A stretch of 64,000 bases of DNA. Origin: Eledone cirrhosa (Eukaryota). Location of the stretch: positions 26,350,001 to 26,414,000 of the forward strand of contig OZ024741.1 in the NCBI GenBank assembly GCA_964016885.1. The letters run 5' to 3'. The position numbers were made by a program, and so were the translations under genes. The notes beneath the pieces are model-generated. The model was given only the letters and a program-made list of their open reading frames with translations. It ran no database searches and was not told the DNA's origin. Shown here piece after piece: positions 25,801-36,909 of this stretch (the stretch's first letter is position 1; each line of letters starts with the position of its first letter).

Positions 25801-28800
25801 AGTGAGTGGTCACTATACTTCAACTTCTGGTCAGTGAGTAGTCACTATACTTCAACCTGTCATCAGTGAGTGGTCACTATACTTCAACCTCTGGCCAGTG
25901 AGTGGTCACTATACTTCAACCTCTGGCCAGTGAGTGGTCACTATACTTCAACCTCAGGCCAGTGAGTGGTCACTATACTTCAACCTCTGGCCAGTGAGTG
26001 GTCACTATACTTTAACCTCTGTCATCAGTGAGTGGTCACTATACTTCAACCTCTGGCCAGTGAGTGGTCACTATACTTCCACCTCTGGCCAGTGAGTGGT
26101 CACTATACTTCCATCTCTGGTCAGTGAGTGGTCACTATACTTCAACCTCTGGCCAGTGAGTGGTCACTATACTTCAACCTCTGGCCAGTGAGTAGTCACT
26201 ATACTTCAACCTTTGGTCAGTGAGTGGTCACTATACTTCAACCTCTGGTCAGTGAGTGGTCACTACTTCAACCTCTGGTCAGTGAGTGGTCACTATACTT
26301 CAACCTCTGGCCAGTAAGTGGTCACTATACTTCAACCTCTGGTCAGTGAGTGGTCACTATACTTCAACCTCTGGCCAGTGAGTGGTCACTATACTTCAAC
26401 CTCTGTCAACAGTGCGTGGTCACTGTACTTCAACCTCTGGCCAGTGAGTGGTCACTATACTTCAACCTCTGTCATCAGTGAGTGGTCCCTATACTTCAAC
26501 CTCTGGCCAGTGAGTGGTCACTATACTTCAACCTCTGGCCAGTGAGTGGTCACTATACTTCAACCTCTGGTCAGTGAGTAGTCACTATACTTCAACCTCT
26601 GGTCAGTGAGTGGTCACTATACTTCAACCTCTGTCATCAGTGAGTGGTCACTATACTTCAACCTCTGGCCAGTGAGTGGTCACCATACTTCAACCTCTGG
26701 CCAGTGAGTGGTCACTATACTTCAACCTCTGTCATCAGTGAGTGGTCACTATACTTCAACCTCTGGCCAGTGAGTGGTCACTATACTTCAACCTCTGGTC
26801 AGTGAGTGGTCACTATACTTCAACCTCTGTCATCTGAGTGGTCACTATACTTCAACCTCTGTCATCAGTGAGTGGTCACTATACTTCAACCTCTGGTCAG
26901 TGAGTGGTCACTATACTTCAACCTCTGGCCAGTAAGTGGTCACTATACTTCAACCTCTGGCCAGTAAGTGATCACTATACTTCAACCTCTGCCCAGTGAG
27001 TGGTCACTATACTTCAACCTCTGTCATCAGTGAGTGGTCACTATACTTCAACCTCTGGCCAGTGAGTGGTCACTATACTTCAACCTCTGGCCAGTGAGTG
27101 GTCACTATACTTCAACCTCTGGTCAGTGAGTAGTCACTATACTTCAACCTCTGTCATCAGTGAGTGGTCACTATCCTTCAACCTCTGGCCAGTGAGTGGT
27201 CACCATACTTCAACCTCTGGCCAGTGAGTGGTCACTATACTTCAACCTGTGTCATCAGTGAGTGGTCACTATACTTCAACCTCTGGCCAGTGAGTGGGCA
27301 CTATACTTCAACCTCTGGTCAGTGAGTGGTCACTATACTTCAACCTCTGGTCAGTGAGTGGTCACTATACTTCAACCTCTGGTCAGTGAGTGGTCACTAT
27401 ACTTCAACCTCTGGCCAGTGAGTGGTCACTATACTTCAACTTCTGGCCAGTGAGTGGTCACTATACTTCAACCTCTGTCATCAGTGAGTGGTCACTATAC
27501 TTCAACCTTTGGTCAGTGAGTGGTCACTATACTTCAACCTCTGGCCAGTGAGTGGTCACTATACTTCAACCTCTGGTCAGTGAGTAGTCACTACCTCAAC
27601 CTCTGGTCAGTTTGTGGTCACTATACTTCAACCTCTAGCCAGTGAGTGGTCACTATACTTCAACTTCTGGCCAGTGAGTGGTCACTATACTTCAACTTCT
27701 GGCCAGTGAGTGGTCACTATACTTCAACTTCTGGCCAGTGAGTGGTCACTATACTTCAACCTCTGGCCAGTGAGTAGTCACTATACTTCAACTTCTGGCC
27801 AGTAAGTGGTCACTATACTTCAACTTCTGGCCAGTGAGTGGTCACTACTTCAACCTCTGGTCAGTGAGTCGTCACTATACTTCAACTTCTGGCCAGTAAG
27901 TGGTCTCTATACTTCAACTTCTGGCCAGTGAGTGGTCACTATACTTCAACCTCTTGCCAGTGAGTAGTCACTATACTTCAACTTCTGGCCAGTGAGTGGT
28001 CACTATACTTCAACTTCTGGCCAGTGAGTGGTCACTATACTTCAACCTCTGGCCAGTGAGTGGTCACTATACTTCAACTTCTGGCCAGTAAGTGGTCACT
28101 ATACTTCAACTTCTGGCCAGTGAGTGGTCACTACTTCAACCTCTGGTCACTGAGTGGTCACTATACTTCAACTTCTGGCCAGTGAGTGGTCACTATACTT
28201 CAACTTCTGGCCAGTGAGTGGTCACTATACTTCAACCTCTGGTCAGTGAGTGGTCACTATACTCCAACTTCTGGCCAGTGAGTGGTCACTATACTTCAAC
28301 TTCTGGCCAGTGGGTGGTCACTACTTTAACCTCTGGTCAGTGAGTGGTCACTACTTCAACCTCTGGTCGGTGAGTGGTCACTATACTTCAACCTCTGGCC
28401 AGTGAGTGGTCACTATACTTCAACCTCTGGCCAGTGAGTGGTCACTATACTTCAACCTCTGGTCAGTGAGTGGTCACTATACTTCAACCTCTGGTCAGTG
28501 AGTGGTCACTATACTTCAACCTCTGGTCAGTGAGTGGTCACTATACTTCAACCTCTGGCCAGTGAGTGGTCACTATACTTCAACCTCTGGCCAGTGAGTG
28601 GTCACTATACTTCAGCCTCTGGTCAGTGAGTGGTCACTATACTCCAACTTCTGGCCAGTGAGTGGTCACTATACTTCAACTTCTGGCCAGTGAGTGGTCA
28701 CTATACTTCAACCTCTGGCCAGTGAGTGGTCACTACTTCAACCTCTGGCCAGTGAGTGGTCACTATACTTCAACTTCTGGCCAGTGAGTGGTCACTATAC

Positions 28801-29114
28801 TTCAACCTTTGGCCAGTGAGTGGTCACTATACTTCAACTTCTGGCCAGTGAGTGGTCACTATACTTCAACCTCTGGCCAGTGAGTGGTCACTATACTTCA
28901 ACCTCTGGCCAGTGAGTGGTCACTATACTTCAACCTCTGGTCAGTTTGTGGTCACTATACTTCAACCTCTGGTCAGTGAATGGTCACTATACTTCAACCT
29001 CTGGCCAGTGAATGGTCACTAATTTCAACCTCTGGTCAGTTTGTGGTCACTATACTTCAACCTCTGGTCAGTGAATGGTCACTAATTTCAACCTCTGGTC
29101 AGTTTGTGGTCACC
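22889..29114. repeat. Minisatellite, 32-bp unit (34-bp variant), about 190 copies, ending about 46 nt before TMEM9 exon 2
   Basis: Unit CAGTGAGTGGTCACTATACTTCAACCTCTGGC. Confidence 0.98.
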
Positions 29115-29160
29115 ACAGTCCCTAATACCACTAACCATTATTTTATCTCCTGTATTTTAG

Positions 29161-29270
29161 GCCCAGTATGAAGATTACCGTTGCAAGTGTGTCTGTCCAT
29201 CACAGACAGTGGTCAATGCCACAGAAACTGGACGTAAGGTTTATATAAAGAAAGTCAACCCAAACCAATG
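29161..29270 (+). CDS. TMEM9: TMEM9-family exon 2 (AQYEDYRCKCVCPSQTVVNATETGRKVYIKKVNPNQ)
   Basis: tgtattttAG acceptor and GTGAGT donor; RCKCVCP motif typical of the TMEM9 luminal Cys-rich domain; N-glycosylation sequon NAT; ends in phase 2. Confidence 0.95.
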
Positions 29271-29475
29271 GTGAGTTTTATGTGTGTGTGGCTGTAGTGT
29301 CGTTAGTATAGCTGTGTGTGTGTGTGTTACTGATATAGCTGTGTGTGTGTAGTGTCACTGATATAGCTGTGTGTGTGTGTATGGTTGTAATTATGTGTAA
29401 CAGCTATAACTTGAAAGGTATACTTTACTGTGTAACAAATATATAACTTGTTTCCTTTCTTCTTTTCAATTGTAG

Positions 29476-29575
29476 TAAATGTGAAGATGTTGTTTGGCCC
29501 CTACCTGAGAAGGCGACAGAGTTCTGTCCCCGCTGTGAGTGCAAGTATCAGAGTAGAAATGTTACATTAATTAAG
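29476..29575 (+). CDS. TMEM9: TMEM9-family exon 3 (CKCEDVVWPLPEKATEFCPRCECKYQSRNVTLIK)
   Basis: Pyrimidine tract plus tgtAG acceptor, AAG/GTAAAC donor; phase matches exon 2; FCPRCECKY..RN..IK motif. Confidence 0.95.
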
Positions 29576-30737
29576 GTAAACTTTATTTGATACTAGAAGC
29601 CTTAGCCGCTCTTGTCTAGGCTTATTAACTCTTTCCTTATCATATTTTTAATGAATAATATTGCCTATGATTTTAAAATAAATTTTCAAAATAATCAACA
29701 ATTTGGAGGGATTTAGTAACATAACTAACTTTCTCATGTTTGGAGCATAACTTAAATATTCTTACAAAAAATTATGATGGAATGTTTTTAGTTAAATATG
29801 AACACTTCCAGCCTTTAGCATTTAAACCAGCCATATCTGGCCAGAATTCTCTCACCTCTTTTGGTTCAAACCGGCCACTTATACCGAAATTAAGATATTG
29901 TTCTCAAAATAAATATCAAAATCTCATAGATTCAATATAATGTGAGATAATTATGTGAGGTAAAGCCTTTAATGTGAAAATATGATTGTTTCTACCTTTG
30001 GCACAAGGCCAGCAATCATCCCAGTGCATTACTGGTACTTTATTTTATCATGTAAGGATGAAAGGCAAATGTAACCTCAGCGGGATTTGACTCAGACCAT
30101 AAAGGGATATAATTGTTTCTACTTTAGGCACAAGGCCAGCAATTACCCTGGTACTTTATTTTATCGACCCCGTCAGGATGAAAGGCAAAGTTAACCTCGG
30201 CGGGATTTGAACTCAGACTGTAAAGGGACGTAACTATGCTAGAAAGCATGGCGTCCGACCCTCTACCGATACTGCCAATTCACCACCCATAAAGGGATAT
30301 AATAGTAAATATAAAGTAAGGTAAATGCTAAAGGGCTAAAGCAACTGCTTTCTATTGCCAAAGCAGGGTCAGTTGTGGGCAGTTTGGTGTCAAAAGAATT
30401 AATAGTAAATATACTCATATGAATTCCCTATATTTTGGATGTATTATCCCCAAAAGATGTTGATAATCTTCAGTTTATCTGGGAATATTGATTCACTGAG
30501 AATTATTACATCTGTATCCAGGATACTATATGTGACTGGTATAATTTGTGTAAACCAAAGTTAGCTGTATCCTTGTGTGTTGTAAGAGGTGACTAAATTG
30601 GTTTTCATCAGGAAGAACATCCAACTGTAGAAAACTACCTCAAAATACACCATACAACCCATGCCAACATGGAAAGGTAGGCTTAAAACTGATGAAGAGA
30701 AGGATAGAAAGTAGACAGACTTGTTTAGTTCTTCCAT

Positions 30738-31089
30738 GGATAACCTCACTAGTTCTGGTGGCACAATATAGTGTCACAGATGCCCTCACTAGTCCTGGTG
30801 ACACAATATAATGTCACAGATGCCCTCACTATTGCTGGTGGCACAATATAATGTCGCATAACCTCACTAGTCCTGGTGGTGCTGGTGACAATATAATGTC
30901 ACAGATGCACTCACTGGTCCTGGTGGCACAATATAATGTCACAGATAACCTCACTATTGTTGGTGGCACAATATACTGTCACAGATAACCTCACTAGTTC
31001 TGGTGGCACAATAGACTGTCACAGATAACCTCACTAGTACTGGTGACACAATATACTGTCACAGATAACCTCACTAGAGCTGGTGACAC
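30738..31089. repeat. Degenerate minisatellite of about 40 bp, about 8 copies
   Basis: GATAACCTCACTAGTTCTGGTGGCACAATATA.TGTCACA units. Confidence 0.9.
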
Positions 31090-31320
31090 TAAAATATACC
31101 TGGTCAATAATGTCAAATATTTCATCTTATTGACCTGAGAGAGATCAAAGACAAAGCTGAATTTGGTGGGATTTGAACCTTAAATATTAAATGACTGACA
31201 CAAACATTTTGTCGGACACTCTACTGATTATACCAACATCTTCTTTTCTCTGTAAAGTTGTATTGATATTTCATAGATAATTGTTTTGGTTTGTCTATCA
31301 AAAGTATTTTTGTTTTGTAG

Positions 31321-31443
31321 ATAATGGTGACAATAATAATCTGTGTGGTGTCATTGCTGTTTGTCTACATGGTGTTCCTACTATGTCTGGATCCTTTGTT
31401 AGTCAAGAAACCAGGACGATACCAAGAGCAGACAAATGAGGAG
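31321..31443 (+). CDS. TMEM9: TMEM9-family exon 4 (TM helix IMVTIIICVVSLLFVYMVFLLCLDPL...YQEQTNEE); alternative in-frame donor after 31452
   Basis: ttttgtAG acceptor, phase 0, single transmembrane helix followed by DPL; two candidate donors (GAG/gtgaat and TTG/gtaaac). Confidence 0.93.
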
Positions 31444-31540
31444 GTGAATTTGGTAAACACTATGGCAGCGGATTATGACGCCTTTTTCTTCTTACTAAGC
31501 GTTTCTCTTCACATTCGGTGCCAGCTAGCAGTATTACAGC

Positions 31541-34500
31541 AACCAGTTAGGACTATCTAGATCTTATGTTTAGTGTCAGACCAACCAGTTAGGACTATCT
31601 AGATCTTATGTTCAGTGTTAGACCAACCAGTTAGGACTATCTAGATCTTATGTTCAGTGTTAGACCAACCAGTTAGGACTATCTGGATCTTATGTTCAGT
31701 GTTAGACCAACCAGTTAGGACTATCTAGATCTTATGTTTAGTGTTAGACCAACCAGTTAGGACTATCTAGATCTTATGTTTAGTGTCAGACCAACCAGTT
31801 AGGACTATCTAGATCTTATGTTCAGTGTTAGACCAACCAGTTAGGACTATCTGGATCTTATGTTCAGTGTCAGACCAACCAGTTAGGACTATCTAGATCT
31901 TATGTTTAGTGTCAGACCAACCAGTTAGGACTATCTAGTTCAGTGTTAGACAAACCAGTTAGGACTATCTAGTTCAGTGTTAGACCAACCAGTTAGGACT
32001 ATCTAGATCTTATGTTCAGTGTTAGACCAACCAGTTAGGACTATCTAGATCTTATGTTCAGTGTCAGACCAACCAGTTAGGACTATCTAGATATTATGTT
32101 CAGTGTTAGACCAACCAGTTAGGACTATCTAGATCTTATGTTCAGTGTTAGACCAACCAGTTAGGACTATCTAGATCTTATGTTTAGTGTCAGACCAACC
32201 AGTTAGGACTATCTAGATCTTATGTTTAGTGTCAGACCAACCAGTTAGGACTATCTAGTTCAGTGTTAGACCAACCAGTTAGGACTATCTAGATCTTATG
32301 TTCAGTGTTAGACCAACCAGTTAGGACTATCTAGATCTTATGTTTAGTGTCAGACCAACCAGTTAGTCCTAACTGGTTGGTCTAACACTGAACATAAGAT
32401 CTAGATAGTCCTAACTGGTTGGTCTAACACTGAACTAGATAGTCCTATCTAGATCTTATGTTCAGTGTTAGACCAACCAGTTAGGACTATCTAGATCTTA
32501 TGTTCATTGTTAGACCAACCAGTTAGGACTATCTAGATCTTATGTTCAGTGTCAGACCAACCAGTTAGGACTATCTAGATATTATGTTCAGTGTTAGACC
32601 AACCAGTTAGGACTATCTAGATCTTATGTTCAGTGTTAGACCAACCAGTTAGGACTATCTAGATCTTATGTTTAGTGTCAGACCAACCAGTTATGACTAT
32701 CTAGATCTTATGTTTAGTGTTAGACCAACCAGTTAGGACTATCTAGATCTTATGTTTAGTGTCAGACCAACCAGTTAGGACTATCTAGATCTTATATTTA
32801 GTGTTAGACCAACCAGTTAGGACTATCTAGATCTTATGTTCAGTGTTAGACCAACCAGTTAGGACTATCTAGATCTTATGTTTAGTGTCAGACCAACCAG
32901 TTAGGACTATCTAGATCTTATGTTCAGTGTCAGACCAACCAGTTAGGACTATCTAGATCTTATGTTCAGTGTCAGACCAACCAGTTAGGACTATCTAGAT
33001 CTTATGTTCAGTGTTAGACCAACCAGTTAGGACTATCTAGATCTTATGTTTAGTGTCAGACCAACCAGTTAGGACTATCTAGATCTTATGTTCAGTGTTA
33101 GACCAACCAGTTAGGACTATCTAGATCTTATGTTCAGTGTTAGACCAACCAGTTAGGACTATCTAGATCTTATGTTCAGTGTTAGATCAACCAGTTACGA
33201 CTATCTAGATCTTATGTTCAGTGTCAGACCAACCAGTTAGGACTATCTAGATCTTATGTTCAGTGTCAGACCAACCAGTTAAGACTATCCAGATCTTATG
33301 TTCAGTGTCAGACCAACCAGTTAGGACTATCTAGATCTTATGTTTTGTGTCAGACCCACCAGTTAGGACTCTCTAGATCTTATGTTTAGTGTCAGACCAA
33401 CCAGTTAGGACTATCTAGATCTTATGTTCAGTGTTAGACCAACCAGTTAGGACTATCTAGATCTTATGTTCAGTGTTAGACCAACCAGTTAGGACTATCT
33501 AGATCTTATGTTTTGTGTCAGACCAACCAGTTAGGACTATCTAAATCTTATGTTTTGTGTCAGACCAACCAGTTAGGACTATCTAGATCTTATGTTTAGT
33601 GTCAGACCAACCAGTTAGGACTATCTAGATCTTATGTTTAGTGTCAGACCAACCAGTTAGGACTATCTAGATCTTATGTTTAGTGTCAGACCAACCAGTT
33701 AGGACTATCTAGATCTCATGTTCAGTGTCAGACCAACCAGTTAGGACTATCTAGATCTTATGTTCAGTGTCAGACCAACCAGTTAGGACTATCTAGATCA
33801 TATTTCCATTGTTAGACCAACCAGTTAGGACTATCTAGTTCTTATGTTTAGTGTCTGACCAACCAGTTAGGACTATCTAGATCTTATGTTTAGTGTCAGA
33901 CCAACCAGTTAGGACTATCTAGTTCTTATGTTTAGTTTCAGACCAACCAGTTAGGACTATCTAGATCTTATGTTTAGTGTCAGACCAACCAGTTAGGACT
34001 ATCTAGATCTTATGTTCAGTGTCAGACGAACCAGTTATGTTCAGTGTCAGACCAACCAGTTAGGACTATCTAGATCTTATGTTTAGTGTCAGACCAACCA
34101 GTTAGGACTATCTAGATCTTATGTTCAGTGTTAGACCAACCAGTTAGGACTATCTAGATCTTATGTTTAGTGTCAGACCAACCTGTTAGGACTATCTAGA
34201 TCTTATGTTCAGTGTTAGACCAACCAGTTAGGACTATCTAGATCTTATGTTTAGTGTCAGACCAACCAGTTAGGACTATCTAGATCTTATGTTCAGTGTC
34301 AGACCAACCAGTTAGGACTATCTAGATCTTATGTTTAGTGTCAGACCAACCAGTTAGGGCTATCTAGATCTTATGTTTAGTGTCAGACCAACCAGTTAGG
34401 ACTATCTAGATCTTATGTTCAGTGTTAGACCAACCAGTTAGGACTATCTAGATCTTATGTTCAGTGTTAGACCAACCAGTTAGGACTATCTAGATCTTAT

Positions 34501-35699
34501 GTTTAGTGTCAGACCAACCAGTTAGGACTATCTAGTTCTTATGTTTAGTGTTAGACCAACCAGTTAGGACTATCTAGATCTTATGTTTAGTGTCAGACCA
34601 ACCAGTTAGGACTATCTAGTTCTTATGTTTAGTGTTAGACCAACCAGTTAGGACTATCTAGATCTTATGTTTAGTGTTAGACCAACCAGTTAGGACTATC
34701 TAGATCTTATGTTTAGTGTCAGACCAACCAGTTAGGACTATCTAGTTCTTATGTTTAGTGTCAGACCAACCAGTTAGGACTATCTAGTTCTTATGTTTAG
34801 TGTCAGACCAACCAGTTAGGACTATCTAGATCTTATGTTCAGTGTCAGACCAACCAGTTAGGACTATCTAGATCTTATGTTCAGTGTCAGACCAACCAGT
34901 TAGGACTATCTAGATCTTATGTTCAGTGTTAGACCAACCAGTTAGGACTATCTAGATCTTATGTTTAGTGTCAGACCAACCAGTTAGGACTATCTAGATC
35001 TTATGTTTTGTGTCAGACCTACCAGTTAGGACTATCTAGATCTTATGTTCAGTGTTAGACCAACCAGTTAGGACTATCTAGATCTTATGTTCAGTGTTAG
35101 ACCAACCAGTTAGGACTATCTAGATCTTATGTTCAGTGTTAGACCAACCAGTTAGGACTATCTAGATCTTATGTTCAGTGTTAGACCAACCAGTTACGAC
35201 TATCTAGATCTTATGTTCAGTGTCAGACCAACCAGTTAGGACTATCTAGATCTTATGTTCAGTGTCAGACCAACCAGTTAGGACTATCCAGATCTTATGT
35301 TCAGTGTCAGACCAACCAGTTAGGACTATCTAGATCTTATGTTTTGTGTCAGACCCACCAGTTAGGACTATCTAGATCTTATGTTTAGTGTCAGACCAAC
35401 CAGTTAGGACTATCTAGATCTTATGTTCAGTGTTAGACCAACCAGTTAGGACTATCTAGATCTTATGTTCAGTGTTAGACCAACCAGTTAGGCCTATCTA
35501 GATCTTATGTTTAGTGTCAGACCAACCAGTTAGGACTATCTAGATCTTATGTTTAGTGTCAGACCAACCAGTTAGGACTATCTAGATCTTATGTTCAGTG
35601 TCAGACCAACCAGTTAGAACTATCTAGTTCAGTGTTAGACCAACCAGTTAGGACTATCTTGATCTTATGTTCAGTTTCAGCTGTAGTAGACCAACCAGT
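31541..35699. repeat. Minisatellite, 42-bp unit, about 98 copies, with an internal inversion
   Basis: Unit TAGGACTATCTAGATCTTATGTTCAGTGTTAGACCAACCAGT; starts about 90 nt after exon 4. Confidence 0.98.
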
Positions 35700-36034
35700 G
35701 TGTTATGATGGTGTCCCTACAACTCTATCATGAGTTAAGGGATCCTGGTATATTATGATATTTTAATTTCAGATTATTTTAGATCAGAATTTTTGAAATT
35801 CCTCTGATATTCCTTGAGTTTGGATTGTTTAACCTGTACACTCCCTCAGTTAATATGGAGGTAAAATATCCAAGATATGGAAGAAAATGTCTAGTTCTAG
35901 TATATCACAGAATCTAGTTCAATAAAAATAAAAGACTTGCTTAAGAGAATTATCTCCTTCATACTAATGTTGATATCACATTGGGTTGTGTTCACAAATT
36001 CACCCAGCAAATCTCTTATAGCATCATGTACTTT

Positions 36035-36478
36035 AGTTTATATAACAGTGTAGTTTATATATAACCATGTAGTTTATATATAACAGTGTAGTTTATATAT
36101 AACAGTGTAATTTATATAACAGTGTAGTTTATATATAACAGTAGTTTATATAACAGTGTAGTTTATATATAACAGTGTAGTTTATATATAACAGTGTAGT
36201 TTATATATAACTGTAATTTATATAACAGTGTCATTTATATATAACTGTAGTTTATATATAACTGTAATTTATATATAGTGTACCAATGTTAGTATATAGA
36301 TGTACATGCAGTTTATATATAAATGTACCAATGTAAGTGTAGCTTATATATAAATGTACCAATGTAAGTGTAGCTTATATATAAATGTACCAATGTAAGT
36401 AGTTTATATATAAATGTACCAATGGAAGTGTAGCTTATATATAAATGTACCAATGTAAGTGTAGTTTATATTAAATGT
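36035..36478. repeat. AT-rich short tandem repeats (about 20-bp then about 32-bp units)
   Basis: TAGTTTATATATAACAGTG and TATATAAATGTACCAATGTAAGTGTAGCT units. Confidence 0.85.
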
Positions 36479-36909
36479 TCTAGTTAGCTGAGATTTCACG
36501 TTAGCTTCCTTTAGTGTTTAATGGCAGCAGTGGAGGAGGTGGTGGTATTCCATTCATTTACTGTTTAATGTTAGTTGTAGTATTGTTGTTGTTGTTAAAA
36601 AGGTTGGGAACGTCTGCACTAACAACACTTCTTTCTAACCTCATTGACTTGCAATGCTTTTCTTCACCTCACCGCTCATCCTTAAATAAGTTTCTTTGTT
36701 TGTCAGTGATGTTAAAATGCATGCTGTTGCTAACCCCTATTTTCAAACCTAAATCTAAATCTTATTTAACTGGCATTAATACAAGCATGGAAAATAGACA
36801 TAAAATGGTGATGACTATGATGATAATCTTATTAAACCTGTTTAGTACTATGCCCATTTATATATACCAAAAAAATCCCCCAAATACTTCAGGTTTCAAA
36901 AACAATAGA

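Noticed and set aside
22895-27490. CTGATGA on the - strand of the 34-bp array variants
   Set aside because: Followed by GAAG with no hammerhead helices.
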